Shown here piece by piece: positions 41,082-51,378 of a DNA stretch of 64,000 nucleotides. The notes beneath the pieces are model-generated. The model was not told where the DNA came from, ran no database searches, and was given only the letters and a program-made list of their open reading frames with translations. Every line of letters begins with the position of its first letter. Positions within the stretch are counted from its first letter, which is position 1. Both the position numbers and the translations under genes were made by a program. The stretch spans positions 128,001 to 192,000 of the forward strand of contig JAXHMY010000001.1 of assembly GCA_034520965.1 (NCBI GenBank), in the 5' to 3' direction. Source of the stretch: Spirochaetia bacterium. GTDB taxonomy: Bacteria; Spirochaetota; Spirochaetia; DSM-16054; Sediminispirochaetaceae.

Positions 41082-41807
41082 TTATCGAGTCCGGAGCAGC
41101 ATAGAAAGCTTAGTTTTATCGGGATGAAAGTAAACTTGGTTAAAGCAAATCTGCCGGTCGTAGAGGTCGTAGAAAATCTCTTCCCACATCTGCATGGGAG
41201 CCCCCGCAGCAGCACCGAAAGCACGGGCCACTTGCGAATTTATTCCCGCCTTAAACCAGGCGGTTGCGTAGGTGATATCTCCGTCATAGAAACGGCGCAG
41301 ATAATCGGTGAGGCGCATCTCATCCTTCCGCTTGGAAAGCATCAGACGCATGGCGGCCTTAATAACCTGCACCCGGCAGATGATCACCGGCTCACCGTCG
41401 GCAACGTACGTCCAGTCAAAGACAAACACCTCTGTGTGCTTAAACTGGGGCTTGTGTTCCAGCAAATCATCACTGGGCAGGGACAGGCTTATTGCCGACT
41501 GGTTTACATCAATATCCAAATAGCTGTCCTGCAAGATATGAACAAAATCATAAGTAATATCAAAACGCATTTCGAGGTTAAGGGCATGGGGATGACCAAA
41601 GTTACCCCGTCCCTGCCACGGTGTGATATACCCATCCTGAATTAAATCGGCCAGAGCCTCACGCACAGTGGCCCGGCTGGTTCCGTAGCGCTTGGCCAGC
41701 TGCTCCTCCGGTTCCAAACGGTTGTTACCAGGCCGCATAGTTCTAATCTCTTCCATCAAGGCACTGCGCACCCTTTGATACAATGGTTTTTCATCTTTCT
41801 TATTCAT
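41082..41807 (-). CDS. GntR family (HutC/UTRA-like) transcriptional regulator
   Basis: PLYQRV, LEPEEQLAKRYGTSRATVREAL, QGRGNF. Confidence 0.9.
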   Translation of the reverse strand: MNKKDEKPLYQRVRSALMEEIRTMRPGNNRLEPEEQLAKRYGTSRATVREALADLIQDGYITPWQGRGNFGHPHALNLEMRFDITYDFVHILQDSYLDIDVNQSAISLSLPSDDLLEHKPQFKHTEVFVFDWTYVADGEPVIICRVQVIKAAMRLMLSKRKDEMRLTDYLRRFYDGDITYATAWFKAGINSQVARAFGAAAGAPMQMWEEIFYDLYDRQICFNQVYFHPDKTKLSMLLRTR

Positions 41808-43149
41808 ATGCATTCCTTCTGTAGGGTTCCTCACGGACAAATACTATGATGAGTATGCAGGACACCGCTGCCGCGGCGGCTGAGAAAGGTCCCAGCCCCC
41901 ATACTCCTAAATGCAAGTAGGCCGCCGGTCCGGTGGTGGCGGCGATAGTAGTTCCCAGCAATCCTCCGGCTACACTTAAGGACATTATCTTTCCCCGCTG
42001 AAGTGGATACTGCTCACTCAAAAGAGGAAAATTACTTACCGTAGCAAACTCAAAAAAGAAGCGCGGCAGTAGAAGGCTTACCAAAGCCAAGGGCAAGCTA
42101 ATATTTAAAAGGGGCAGCAAAGCAAAAAAGACCACCATTCCACCAGCGCCAATTAAAACACTCTTCCGTTTGCCGATACGGTCTCCTGCTATACTCACAA
42201 TAATGCTGCCGGCCCAGTCAAACAAACCCAGGAGCAATGCCACCAGCCCCAGCTTGCTCGGTGCTAATCCGTATTCCATTTCCAGCCAACCACCATGTAT
42301 AATCATTATATGGGTGATTGCAAAGAAATTAAATACATTGACCAAGACCGCCGACCAGGCCGACTTCCAGTGCTCCCCAAGATAAAAAAAGTGAAGCAAT
42401 CTGCCTGCCCATGAGCGAGGCGGTAGGGCAGATTCCACTGCACCGGCAGCTGCGGGCGCTGCAGATTGCCGGGCAGCCTCGTCCGGGACCACCTCGCCCG
42501 GCGCTGCACCAGTATCTGCACCGGCATCTGCAGGCGCTGCACCGGCATCGCCCTCAGAATCAGCGAGCTGGGGGCTTTCAGCTTTCGGCAGGGTTCCCAA
42601 CAGCACCGCTGCAGCGATAAGCCCTCCCCCCAGCACATAGAGCGGTTCTCGCCACGAGAAAAGCTCTATCAGAACTCCTATCAGTGCCAAGCCGATAATA
42701 CCGGCCAGGGCCCAGGAATACTCTACAATTCCAAGGTAGCGGGAACGCTTCTCATAGGGTAGTTTAGAGCTCAAATAGGAGTGCAGGGTGGGGGTAAACC
42801 CGCCCTGTCCCAGTCCGGCAAGCACCATGCTGAGAATTAAAACAGGCAGTCCGGCACCGGTAGACAGCAGCAGCACCCCGATTCCCGCCAGCAGCAAACT
42901 GACCCGCATAATCAGTCGATACCCGATTTTGTCGGCCATATGGCCGACCACCGGGGCTACCAGACCCATAATATTCCGCAAGCTGACCATCTGTCCCATA
43001 GTGACAGCGCTGACACCTAAGCCGGCGGCAAAGACCATCAGGAAAGGATTGTACAGCTGAACCGATGTATCGATGAACAGTTTGGCGGTCACTCCGACCG
43101 CCACCAGATAACCTACACTGGAGGTTCGTGATGTTCGTTGTTTTTGCAT
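41800..43149 (-). CDS. MFS transporter
   Basis: About 12 TM; GHMADKIGYR and AGDRIGKRK motif-A copies; Ala-rich central loop. Confidence 0.88.
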   Translation of the reverse strand: MQKQRTSRTSSVGYLVAVGVTAKLFIDTSVQLYNPFLMVFAAGLGVSAVTMGQMVSLRNIMGLVAPVVGHMADKIGYRLIMRVSLLLAGIGVLLLSTGAGLPVLILSMVLAGLGQGGFTPTLHSYLSSKLPYEKRSRYLGIVEYSWALAGIIGLALIGVLIELFSWREPLYVLGGGLIAAAVLLGTLPKAESPQLADSEGDAGAAPADAGADTGAAPGEVVPDEAARQSAAPAAAGAVESALPPRSWAGRLLHFFYLGEHWKSAWSAVLVNVFNFFAITHIMIIHGGWLEMEYGLAPSKLGLVALLLGLFDWAGSIIVSIAGDRIGKRKSVLIGAGGMVVFFALLPLLNISLPLALVSLLLPRFFFEFATVSNFPLLSEQYPLQRGKIMSLSVAGGLLGTTIAATTGPAAYLHLGVWGLGPFSAAAAAVSCILIIVFVREEPYRRNAYE

Positions 43150-45212
43150 ATATTCACCATTGTTGAATGAGTTCGTGAGCCTTGGCTGGGAAGTGTCGGT
43201 CGGCTTGAGGTAAGTGCATTTACCGAAAACCGCCGGGAATCAAACCAGCGACCCTGGCTAATCGAGAGTACTCCCGGCATTATATCAGAGGTAAGCCGTG
43301 CGGTGCTATACATTTTTCCAACCGGACTGGTCAAGATTACCCGATCACCATCAGCAATACCATATTCGGCTGCATCCTGCGGGTGCATCCCCACCCCCCT
43401 CTCCGCCAGCCTGGCAAATTCGTCGATGTTGTCAAACTGTGAATTATTTCTAAACCGGTCATGGGGAGTCACAAGCTTCAAGGGATACCCAGCCCCCTCT
43501 GAATAATGGCGGTATAGGGGTATCCGATTTCCTCCGGCCGCCTCCAGCCTCCCACAGGCAACCTCTATCAGGCCCGATTCCGTCGCCAGCGGATGCTCGC
43601 CGGGGCTCCGGGAAAAGTCGGCCAGGCCAACCCGGTACTGATCTTTTCCTGCATAAATTCCTTTTATAAAAAATGCACTCTTATCATCCACCTCGCTGTC
43701 CTGCAGAAAATGGTCCAGCCACTCCTGAGCACTTTTTCCGCCGGTGAAGGCATCAGAGAAACCCAGCCGGCGGGAGAGTTCCACAAAAATGTCAAAGTCG
43801 TGGCGCGCCCCGCCCACCGGCGGTATCGCGGCGGCACTGTAGTACAGGTAGTTGCAGTGGCTGTAAATAATATCACTGCGCTCCACAAAGGTACTTACCG
43901 GCAGCACCACGTCCGAGTTGCGGGCGGTATCGGTCAGAAAATAGTCATGGCTTACCACAAACTCAGCCCGCTCCAAAGCCCTCAGGGCCTTGCGGGTGTC
44001 ACTGCTCTGTACCGCATAGTTGCCCCCCACATTGTACAAGAATTTAATATCGGCGGGATAACCTCCGGAACGGCCGTGCAGCACCGCATCCGCCCAGCGA
44101 TACACCGCCACACTGCTGTCGGCCGGATTAGGTGGAACCGGGATTTTTCCGCAGCGCGGCCCGGGCAGCACATTCCATTGACCGGCCCCCGTACTCCCGC
44201 CCAAAAGGCCCACATTACCCAGGGCCAGCTGCAGTACTCCGGCCATACGGTCGGCATCCTCACCCCCCAGGGTGCGCTGGATCGAAAGGCCCGGCAGCAG
44301 CGCCGCCGGCTGCGCGGCGGCGTAGCGATGGGCAAACTGCTCTATCTCGCAGGCGGGAACCCCGGAAGGCCCCTCTGCCCACTCAGGCGATTTAGGCGGG
44401 CTGCCGTCCCTTCCCAGAATGTGGTTCTCAAGCTCCTCAAAACCAACACTGCGGGCCTCGATAAAAGCCCTGCTCTCCAGCCCCTCCCTCAAAATACAGT
44501 AAAGCAGGGCCTGCATCAGCGCCGTATCGGTACCCGGATAAATAGGAATCCACTGGTCGGCAAAGCGTTTTACCGTCCGGGTGCGCCGCGGATCGATAAC
44601 CACAATCGGGATGCCCCGCTGCTTGGCTTCTTTCAAAACCGCTTCTGTTTCCGGACTAAAACGGGTATCTGCGGCGTTAAATCCCCACAGAATAATCAGG
44701 CGCGAATACAACAAGCTCTTTACGTCAATACCCACATACTCGGTTCCGTACATATGGGGCTTCACAAAATCGGTTGCCTCGCTGCTGAAGGAACCATGGG
44801 TATCTGTATACCCTCCGCTAAGGGCTAAGAAACGCTTGGTGAGCCGGGCGGTGTTGTGCAAGGTCCCACGGCAGGCACCGGAACCGCCAATCCGCATAAC
44901 CGCCTCCGGCCCGTACTCTAAATGGGTATGCCGGATCCGCTGGGCAACCAACTCCAAGGCCTCATCCCACGAGGCCTCTCTAAAGTGGCCATCCCCACGC
45001 CTGCCGGTTGCAATAAGTGGCCAGCTAAGCCGGTCGGGATGATACACCGTCGAAGGAAAGCGAAAGCCCCGCATACACCCGTTCATATAGCTGGTTTTAT
45101 AGCTGCTGTTTCTTATACGGGTAAGGACCCCGTCCTCCACCAGGGCTTCGAGAGGGCAGCCGGTGATACAATCACGGTTACAGGAAACCGGCACTACTAA
45201 CTTATGTTTCAT
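43113..45212 (-). CDS. Mo/W-bisPGD oxidoreductase catalytic subunit (DMSO reductase family), no Tat signal
   Basis: CNRDCITGC...GCMRG, SWDEAL, PGTDTAL, SDVVLP, LVTPH. Confidence 0.88.
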   Translation of the reverse strand: MKHKLVVPVSCNRDCITGCPLEALVEDGVLTRIRNSSYKTSYMNGCMRGFRFPSTVYHPDRLSWPLIATGRRGDGHFREASWDEALELVAQRIRHTHLEYGPEAVMRIGGSGACRGTLHNTARLTKRFLALSGGYTDTHGSFSSEATDFVKPHMYGTEYVGIDVKSLLYSRLIILWGFNAADTRFSPETEAVLKEAKQRGIPIVVIDPRRTRTVKRFADQWIPIYPGTDTALMQALLYCILREGLESRAFIEARSVGFEELENHILGRDGSPPKSPEWAEGPSGVPACEIEQFAHRYAAAQPAALLPGLSIQRTLGGEDADRMAGVLQLALGNVGLLGGSTGAGQWNVLPGPRCGKIPVPPNPADSSVAVYRWADAVLHGRSGGYPADIKFLYNVGGNYAVQSSDTRKALRALERAEFVVSHDYFLTDTARNSDVVLPVSTFVERSDIIYSHCNYLYYSAAAIPPVGGARHDFDIFVELSRRLGFSDAFTGGKSAQEWLDHFLQDSEVDDKSAFFIKGIYAGKDQYRVGLADFSRSPGEHPLATESGLIEVACGRLEAAGGNRIPLYRHYSEGAGYPLKLVTPHDRFRNNSQFDNIDEFARLAERGVGMHPQDAAEYGIADGDRVILTSPVGKMYSTARLTSDIMPGVLSISQGRWFDSRRFSVNALTSSRPTLPSQGSRTHSTMVNICKNNEHHEPPV

Positions 45213-45316
45213 CCCACCATATTATGCAGCCTATAAAACAACTTGTAAATAAAGACAATACTTATTACAGTGGTTCTATAGGCTGCTTATTAAATAAACG
45301 ATTAGGGGGAATAGAG

Positions 45317-46327
45317 ATGACAGATAGAAAAGTAAGATGGGGAATATTGGGGACCGCGAAAATTGCCACCAACCATGTTATTCCGGGCTTAAAGCGAGCC
45401 TCGTTATGCGAAGTACACGCTATCGCCTCACGCAGCAAGGACAAAGCAAAAACTGCGGCAAACCAGTTTGCTATCACAAATTACTATTCAAGCTATGAAC
45501 AACTCTTAGAGGACCCTGAAATCGAAGCAATATACATCCCGCTTCCCAACCATCTGCATGCAGAGTGGAGCAAAAAAGCCCTAGAGGCGGGAAAACATGT
45601 ATTGTGCGAAAAGCCCTTAGCTCTCAACACCGAAGATATTCACGAACTTATTAAGGTACGAGATAAATCCAAACGGAAAATCGGCGAGGCCTTTATGGTA
45701 CATACCCACCCGCAGTGGCTCAGAGCCAAATCTATCGTACAGAGCCAAAAGTTCGGTGGTCTACAGGCTATTCAAGGTTTTTTCAGTTACAATAACCGCG
45801 ACCCTGAAAACGTCCGCAACAAATTCAGCCGGGGCGGCGGAGGCCTGTGGGACATAGGCTGCTACCCGGTGCATACTGCCCGCTTTATGTTTGGCGAAGA
45901 GCCCCAGAAGGTAATTGCAAGTTTTAACTACGATCAAAAATTCAAGATTGATAAAATGGCAACCGCAATACTTCAATTTCCCTCCGGCCCTGCAAGTTTT
46001 ACCAGCAGTACCCAGTTAGTCCCTTGGCAGACAATGCATTTTTTCGGTGATAAACAACGAGTAGAGATACAGATACCCTTTAATCAACCCGGCGATTTCC
46101 CCTCACGCCTCTTAGTGGACGACGGCAGCGATGTAACCGGATATCCCGAGGAGATCGTTATTCCCCCGGCCGATCAGTACGCAATCCAGGGCGATGAGTT
46201 TGCCAGGGCAATTATCGAGAACCTCGAAGTTCCGGTGCCCCTCGAGAACAGCTTGTACAATACAGCGGTACTCAATGCCCTCTTTCGTTCCGGCGAGACC
46301 GGAACCTGGGAAACACCAAAGGTATGA
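45317..46327 (+). CDS. Gfo/Idh/MocA family oxidoreductase
   Basis: WGILGTAKIA, LPNHLH, CEKP, GGGLWDIGCY. Confidence 0.92.
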   Translation: MTDRKVRWGILGTAKIATNHVIPGLKRASLCEVHAIASRSKDKAKTAANQFAITNYYSSYEQLLEDPEIEAIYIPLPNHLHAEWSKKALEAGKHVLCEKPLALNTEDIHELIKVRDKSKRKIGEAFMVHTHPQWLRAKSIVQSQKFGGLQAIQGFFSYNNRDPENVRNKFSRGGGGLWDIGCYPVHTARFMFGEEPQKVIASFNYDQKFKIDKMATAILQFPSGPASFTSSTQLVPWQTMHFFGDKQRVEIQIPFNQPGDFPSRLLVDDGSDVTGYPEEIVIPPADQYAIQGDEFARAIIENLEVPVPLENSLYNTAVLNALFRSGETGTWETPKV

Positions 46328-46343
46328 CAACTAGGAGGAGAGT

Positions 46344-47141
46344 ATGAAATCAATTGGCTTTATCGGAGCCGGAAATATGGGTTCGGCAATTGGACTGGGG
46401 CTTCGGCATGCTCACCCGGACCTGTGTATCAGTTTTTACGACCTGGATACCGCCAAGGCCGAACAGTCGGCCAAGGAGTGCCGCGGCAGAGTATGCGGAA
46501 GCTATGAAGAACTGTTTTCCGCTGCCCAAGTACTTGTCATTGCGGTAAAACCCCAGCATCTGAACTCACTTTTTTCCCAGATCCAGCAGCTAAGCGGCGG
46601 CCGGGAGTTTATCTCCATCGCCGCCGGAAAACCGATCAGCCTGTTTACAGAACAGCTGCAGACAAACAATGTCATCCGGTTTATGCCCAATTTAGCTGCC
46701 AAAGTGGGGGAATCGGTGGTCGGTATATCGGCAGTCGACGGGCTGGATGCAGAGTTTCGCGAGACCGCCTTTGAAGCGGCCCGGGCTATCGGCATACCGG
46801 TTGAACTACCGGAAGAGCTGATGCCGGCAATCACCGGCCTTTCCGGTTCGGGAATTGCCTATGTCTTTGCCTTCCTGCATGCCATGGCCCTCGGCGGAAC
46901 CGACGCAGGGTTTTCCTACTCCCAGGCACTCGAAATCGCCTATGCCACTTGCCGGGGCGCGGTGAAGGTTCTGAGCAGCGAGGGCGTCGGCCCGGCGGAA
47001 TACCTTACCCGGGTTACCTCGGCCGGAGGTACCACCATTAAAGGAATCAAGGCCCTCGAAGCAGGAGGCCTTACTCCAACGGTAATGGATGCGATCAATG
47101 CGGCCGCTCAGCGAGCACGGGAAATAGAGAACGAGCTCTGA
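46344..47141 (+). CDS. proC: Pyrroline-5-carboxylate reductase
   Basis: GAGNMG, AVKPQ, RFMPN, GLSGSG, VTSAGGTT. Confidence 0.94.
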   Translation: MKSIGFIGAGNMGSAIGLGLRHAHPDLCISFYDLDTAKAEQSAKECRGRVCGSYEELFSAAQVLVIAVKPQHLNSLFSQIQQLSGGREFISIAAGKPISLFTEQLQTNNVIRFMPNLAAKVGESVVGISAVDGLDAEFRETAFEAARAIGIPVELPEELMPAITGLSGSGIAYVFAFLHAMALGGTDAGFSYSQALEIAYATCRGAVKVLSSEGVGPAEYLTRVTSAGGTTIKGIKALEAGGLTPTVMDAINAAAQRAREIENEL

Positions 47142-47229
47142 GAGCTCAAAGCCTGATACGCCCCGGGCCTCTACCGCGGGCTATCACGGGCTTGTAAGAA
47201 TTACAATGGTCAAGTAAGATAATCCCGTT

Positions 47230-48507
47230 ATGGTAGACCTTAAATATATTAAAGAAAATCCTGAAGCGGTACGGGAAAACATCCGCAATCGTTACATGAA
47301 CGTCGACGTTGATGATATCCTCGCCCTCTACGAAGAACGCAACCGACTGCTGCGGAACCTCGAAGAAATCCGTCAGAAGCGGAATGAGAATGCCAAGCGC
47401 ATGAAGGCGAAGCTCGAGCCTGAGGAGCGCAGCAGCTTAATTGAACAGGGAAAACAGCTTAAAGAGCAGATTGCCTCCCTCGAAGAAGAAATGAAGTCAA
47501 TCGAGGTGCGCCTGTGGGATGAAGCGAAGAAAATTCCGAACGCTGCTCATCCGGATGCACCAATCGGCAAGGAAGATAAGGATAATCTGGAAATCCGGCG
47601 GGTCGGAGAGCCCACCCAATTTGATTTTACCCCCCAGGATCATATCCAGATAGGCAGCAGCCTCGATCTGCTTGATTTTGAAACCGCGGCAAAAGTCTCA
47701 GGCCCTAAGTTCTACTATCTGAAGAACGAAGCGGTCTATTTAGAGATGGCCCTAATCCGCTACGCTATGGATACCCTGCAGGCCCACGGATTCACCATCA
47801 CCATGACCCCGGATATTGCCAAAGAGGAGATAGTAGAGGGAATCGGTTTCAACCCGCGGGGCGCAGAGAGTAACATTTACAACCTTGAAGGTACCGGCAC
47901 CTGTTTAGTCGGTACTGCAGAGATCACCCTGGGCGGATACCACTCCGATTCTCTACTAAAATCGGATCAGCTCCCTATTCGACTGGCCGGGGTCTCCCAC
48001 TGCTTTCGACGCGAAGCCGGTGCTGCCGGACAGTACTCCAAAGGGCTGTACCGGGTGCACCAGTTTACCAAGGTAGAGATGTTTGTCTATACCCACCCGG
48101 AGGCCTCCGAAGCGCTGCATCAGGAGCTGCTTACGATTGAAGAGGAAATCTTTCAGGGGCTTGAGATTCCATACAGGGTTGTTGATACCTGTACCGGCGA
48201 TCTTGGTGCCCCGGCCTACCGTAAGTACGATCTCGAAGCCTGGATGCCGGGCCGCGGAGAGAACGGAGACTGGGGCGAGGTTACCAGCACTTCAAATTGT
48301 ACCGATTACCAGGCCCGCCGCCTGGGTGTTCGCTTTAAGGAAGACGGGAAAAACCAATTTGTGCATATGCTGAACGGGACGGCAATTGCGGTCTCCCGAG
48401 CTATTATTGCACTCCTCGAGAACAAGCAGCAGGCGGACGGCACTATTGCTATTCCGGAAAAACTGGTTCCCTATACCGGCTTTGACACTATTACCGCCAA
48501 GAAGTAG
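47230..48507 (+). CDS. serS: Serine--tRNA ligase
   Basis: GTAEI, CFRREAG, GLYRVHQFTKVE, SNCTDYQARR, LNGTA. Confidence 0.96.
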   Translation: MVDLKYIKENPEAVRENIRNRYMNVDVDDILALYEERNRLLRNLEEIRQKRNENAKRMKAKLEPEERSSLIEQGKQLKEQIASLEEEMKSIEVRLWDEAKKIPNAAHPDAPIGKEDKDNLEIRRVGEPTQFDFTPQDHIQIGSSLDLLDFETAAKVSGPKFYYLKNEAVYLEMALIRYAMDTLQAHGFTITMTPDIAKEEIVEGIGFNPRGAESNIYNLEGTGTCLVGTAEITLGGYHSDSLLKSDQLPIRLAGVSHCFRREAGAAGQYSKGLYRVHQFTKVEMFVYTHPEASEALHQELLTIEEEIFQGLEIPYRVVDTCTGDLGAPAYRKYDLEAWMPGRGENGDWGEVTSTSNCTDYQARRLGVRFKEDGKNQFVHMLNGTAIAVSRAIIALLENKQQADGTIAIPEKLVPYTGFDTITAKK

Positions 48508-48531
48508 CTGATCAAGTAACCGGATTAAGTG

Positions 48532-48744
48532 CTATTTGCACATCCGATTTACAGTAGCTATATATTGATCCTGATAATCTGAAAATACAAATTTATCATG
48601 CTTTTCCATTTCTGCACTGACTTTGCTCAGCAGGTTTTTTTCACAGACCTTACACAAGGCCTTGTCCATAATGTACACAACACCAGTTTGTTTTTTGGGA
48701 CCCGGAATAGCTTTTTTACATGCATCACATACAATTGTTAACAT
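48532..48744 (-). CDS. Small two-CxxC (Zn-finger-like) hypothetical protein
   Basis: CDAC and CKVC; SD AGGAG upstream. Confidence 0.7.
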   Translation of the reverse strand: MLTIVCDACKKAIPGPKKQTGVVYIMDKALCKVCEKNLLSKVSAEMEKHDKFVFSDYQDQYIATVNRMCK

Positions 48745-48869
48745 AACTCCACTCCTATTTTTTTTATCCTGTTTCTGCTCTTATTATAGTCTATAAGTTA
48801 ATTCCTTTCAAACCAGAAATTCCCCGGGCAAGATTGTTGAAATACCTCTTATCGGATATACTATAACAC

Positions 48870-50303
48870 ATGAAAAATTCAGCGTTATTAACAGATTTGT
48901 ACGAACTCACCATGATGCAGGGCTACTATTTGTATGAGCGTGACACCCAGGTGGTCTTTGATATGTTCTTCCGCACCCAGCCCTTTAACAGCGGCTTTTC
49001 GGTTTTTGCCGGTTTAGAGGATATGCTGAAGGCGGTTGAAGGTTTTTCTTTTTCAGAGGAAGACATCGATTATCTGTCGGGTTTGAATCTGTTTCATGAC
49101 AGTTTTTTGGAGTATCTGAAGAATTTTCGTTTCACCGGCGACATTTACAGCATGTCCGAGGGCACACTGATCTTTCCCGGCGAACCACTGCTGCGTGTTC
49201 ACGGCAACCTGATCGAGGCACAGTTGATAGAGAGCATGTTGCTAAATACCATAAATTTTCAATCCCTGGTGGCCACGAAAGCCGCCCGTATCTACCATGC
49301 CAGCAAGGGGGGCAAGATCCTGGAGTTCGGTCTTAGGCGGGCTCAAGGTTGGGACGGAGCTTTATCCGCCACCCGAGCCGCCTATATTGGAGGAGCTCTA
49401 GCCACTTCCAATACCCTGGGCGGAAAAACGTACGGGGTACCGGTAAGTGGTACTATGGCCCATTCCTGGATTATGGCCTTTAGATCAGAACTGGAATCCT
49501 TTGAAAAATTTGCCGAACTCTACCCCGATAAGGCAATCCTGCTTATCGATACCTTTGATACCCTGGGCAGCGGTATAGAAAACGCAATTAAGGTAGGAAA
49601 ATTACTTAAAAAGCAGGGAAAACGACTGGGAGTGCGGCTTGACAGCGGAGACCTCTCCTACCTGAGCCAGAAAGTCCGGAAAAAGCTCGATGCTGCCGGT
49701 TTGGAAGATGCCTACATCACCGTTTCAAACGATCTGAACGAAGAGATTATTCATCAGCTGGTCACCGACAACGCCCCGATTGATATGTGGGGTGTGGGGA
49801 CGAACCTTGTAACCGGAGGCTCCACCGCCTCCTTCAGCGGGGTCTACAAACTAACGGCCAAAACCATGGATGGATTGATGGTGCCCACCATGAAGGTTTC
49901 TAACAATATTGAAAAAACAACCAATCCGGGGGCGAAGCAAGTATACCGCTTTTATGACGATGATAACATGGCAATCGCCGACTTAATAACCCTGGAAGAG
50001 GAAGATTTCAATTATAACCGGCCCCACTCTTGCTTCCATCCTATGTACCCGAACACCTATTTTACGCTTTACAACTATACATCGGTGGAGCCTCTCCTTC
50101 ACAAAAAGATGGAAAATGGCAGAATCTGTGGGAAGCTGCCGAAACTTGCAGATATCCGCGAGCATACTCTTGAGCAGATGCTCAAATTTGATCCGACCTA
50201 TAAACGTATTATCAATCCCCATATTTACAAGATATCCCTCTCGCGGGCACTCAAAAACCTGAAAACCAGAATGATCGATGAGTTCAAGCATGAAGGTCGG
50301 TGA
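48870..50303 (+). CDS. pncB: Nicotinate phosphoribosyltransferase
   Basis: LLTDLYELTM, EFGLRRAQ, GTMAHS, VRLDSGDL, GVGT. Confidence 0.94.
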   Translation: MKNSALLTDLYELTMMQGYYLYERDTQVVFDMFFRTQPFNSGFSVFAGLEDMLKAVEGFSFSEEDIDYLSGLNLFHDSFLEYLKNFRFTGDIYSMSEGTLIFPGEPLLRVHGNLIEAQLIESMLLNTINFQSLVATKAARIYHASKGGKILEFGLRRAQGWDGALSATRAAYIGGALATSNTLGGKTYGVPVSGTMAHSWIMAFRSELESFEKFAELYPDKAILLIDTFDTLGSGIENAIKVGKLLKKQGKRLGVRLDSGDLSYLSQKVRKKLDAAGLEDAYITVSNDLNEEIIHQLVTDNAPIDMWGVGTNLVTGGSTASFSGVYKLTAKTMDGLMVPTMKVSNNIEKTTNPGAKQVYRFYDDDNMAIADLITLEEEDFNYNRPHSCFHPMYPNTYFTLYNYTSVEPLLHKKMENGRICGKLPKLADIREHTLEQMLKFDPTYKRIINPHIYKISLSRALKNLKTRMIDEFKHEGR

Positions 50304-51378
50304 CCGGACTATCGATTCCAAATCTCCGGTTCTTATTATTGCAGAAGCCGGTACCGCCCACCTTGGAGAGCTGGATCGAGCAAAAGGGCTTATTGATGCA
50401 GCGGCGGAAGCAGGTGCCGATTGTATTAAATTCCAATGGGTAATCGCCGATGAAATAGTCCACCCAAATGCCGGAACTATCCAGCTGCATAATAAGCCGG
50501 TCACAATTTGGGAGCGTTTTAAGGCTTTAGAACGGCCCCCGGAATTCTATGCATCCCTCAAAGAGGAAACGGAGCGGCGTAAGCTTCTGTTTCTCTGCTC
50601 TCCCTTCGGCCCCAGGAGTGCGCTTGGGCTTCGCGACCTGCAGGTAGAAGCGATAAAAATAGCCTCGCCTGAACTCAACCATTTCCCCCTGCTCGAGATA
50701 GTCTCCGACCTTCCGCTTATTCTTTCCACCGGGATCTCAAAATTAGCGGACATTGAGCGCAGCTTGGAAATTCTCCGCAGCCCCGCGGCTTTGCTGCATT
50801 GCATCACCGCCTATCCCGCCCCGGAACAGCAATACAACCTGAGGCTGCTGCCGGGCTTGGCAAAAGTTTTCGGTACCCCCGTAGGGGTCTCCGACCACTC
50901 CTCCCACCCTTATCTGGTGCCCAGCTTATCCGTAAGCCAGGGGGCCAAGCTGATTGAGAAGCATCTTACCCTGAACCGGCAGGACGGCGGCCTTGATGAT
51001 CCTATTGCACTCGAACCAACGGAGTTTGCGCACATGGTTCGCCGAGTGAGGGAGGCAGAAAGGGAATCAGCAGACCAGCTTATAAAAGGATTGTCGGACG
51101 AACTGGGGGCATCATACGTTGAAAAGACCCTTGGGAACGGAATAAAAAAAATGGCCGATGCTGAATCAGCCTATTACTACACCAGCAACCGCTCTATCAT
51201 TGCCCGCAGCACACTGTTGCCCGGGGATGAGCTAAATCCGGATAACTGTGCCCTGCTGCGCTCCGAACAGCAGCAGCCCCCCGGCCTGCCTCCCCAGTTT
51301 GTATCCACAATCACGGGTAGGCAGATCAAAAAGAGAGTTCCCGCCGGTGCCGGTGTTACCTGGGATCATCTCCTGTAA
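50290..51378 (+). CDS. NeuB/SpsE-family nonulosonate synthase with SAF domain
   Basis: IIAEAG, KFQ, KIAS, LHCITAYP, GVSDHS, IEKHLT. Confidence 0.88.
   Translation: MKVGDRTIDSKSPVLIIAEAGTAHLGELDRAKGLIDAAAEAGADCIKFQWVIADEIVHPNAGTIQLHNKPVTIWERFKALERPPEFYASLKEETERRKLLFLCSPFGPRSALGLRDLQVEAIKIASPELNHFPLLEIVSDLPLILSTGISKLADIERSLEILRSPAALLHCITAYPAPEQQYNLRLLPGLAKVFGTPVGVSDHSSHPYLVPSLSVSQGAKLIEKHLTLNRQDGGLDDPIALEPTEFAHMVRRVREAERESADQLIKGLSDELGASYVEKTLGNGIKKMADAESAYYYTSNRSIIARSTLLPGDELNPDNCALLRSEQQQPPGLPPQFVSTITGRQIKKRVPAGAGVTWDHLL

Noticed and set aside
42440..42560. GCTGCACC/GCATCTGCA repeats as a mobile repeat
   Set aside because: They encode the Ala-rich low-complexity loop of the MFS protein.
43593..44828. 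411-aa plus-strand ORF
   Set aside because: Antisense shadow of the GC-rich Mo-oxidoreductase gene with no motifs; the same applies to other short overlapping ORFs in the track.
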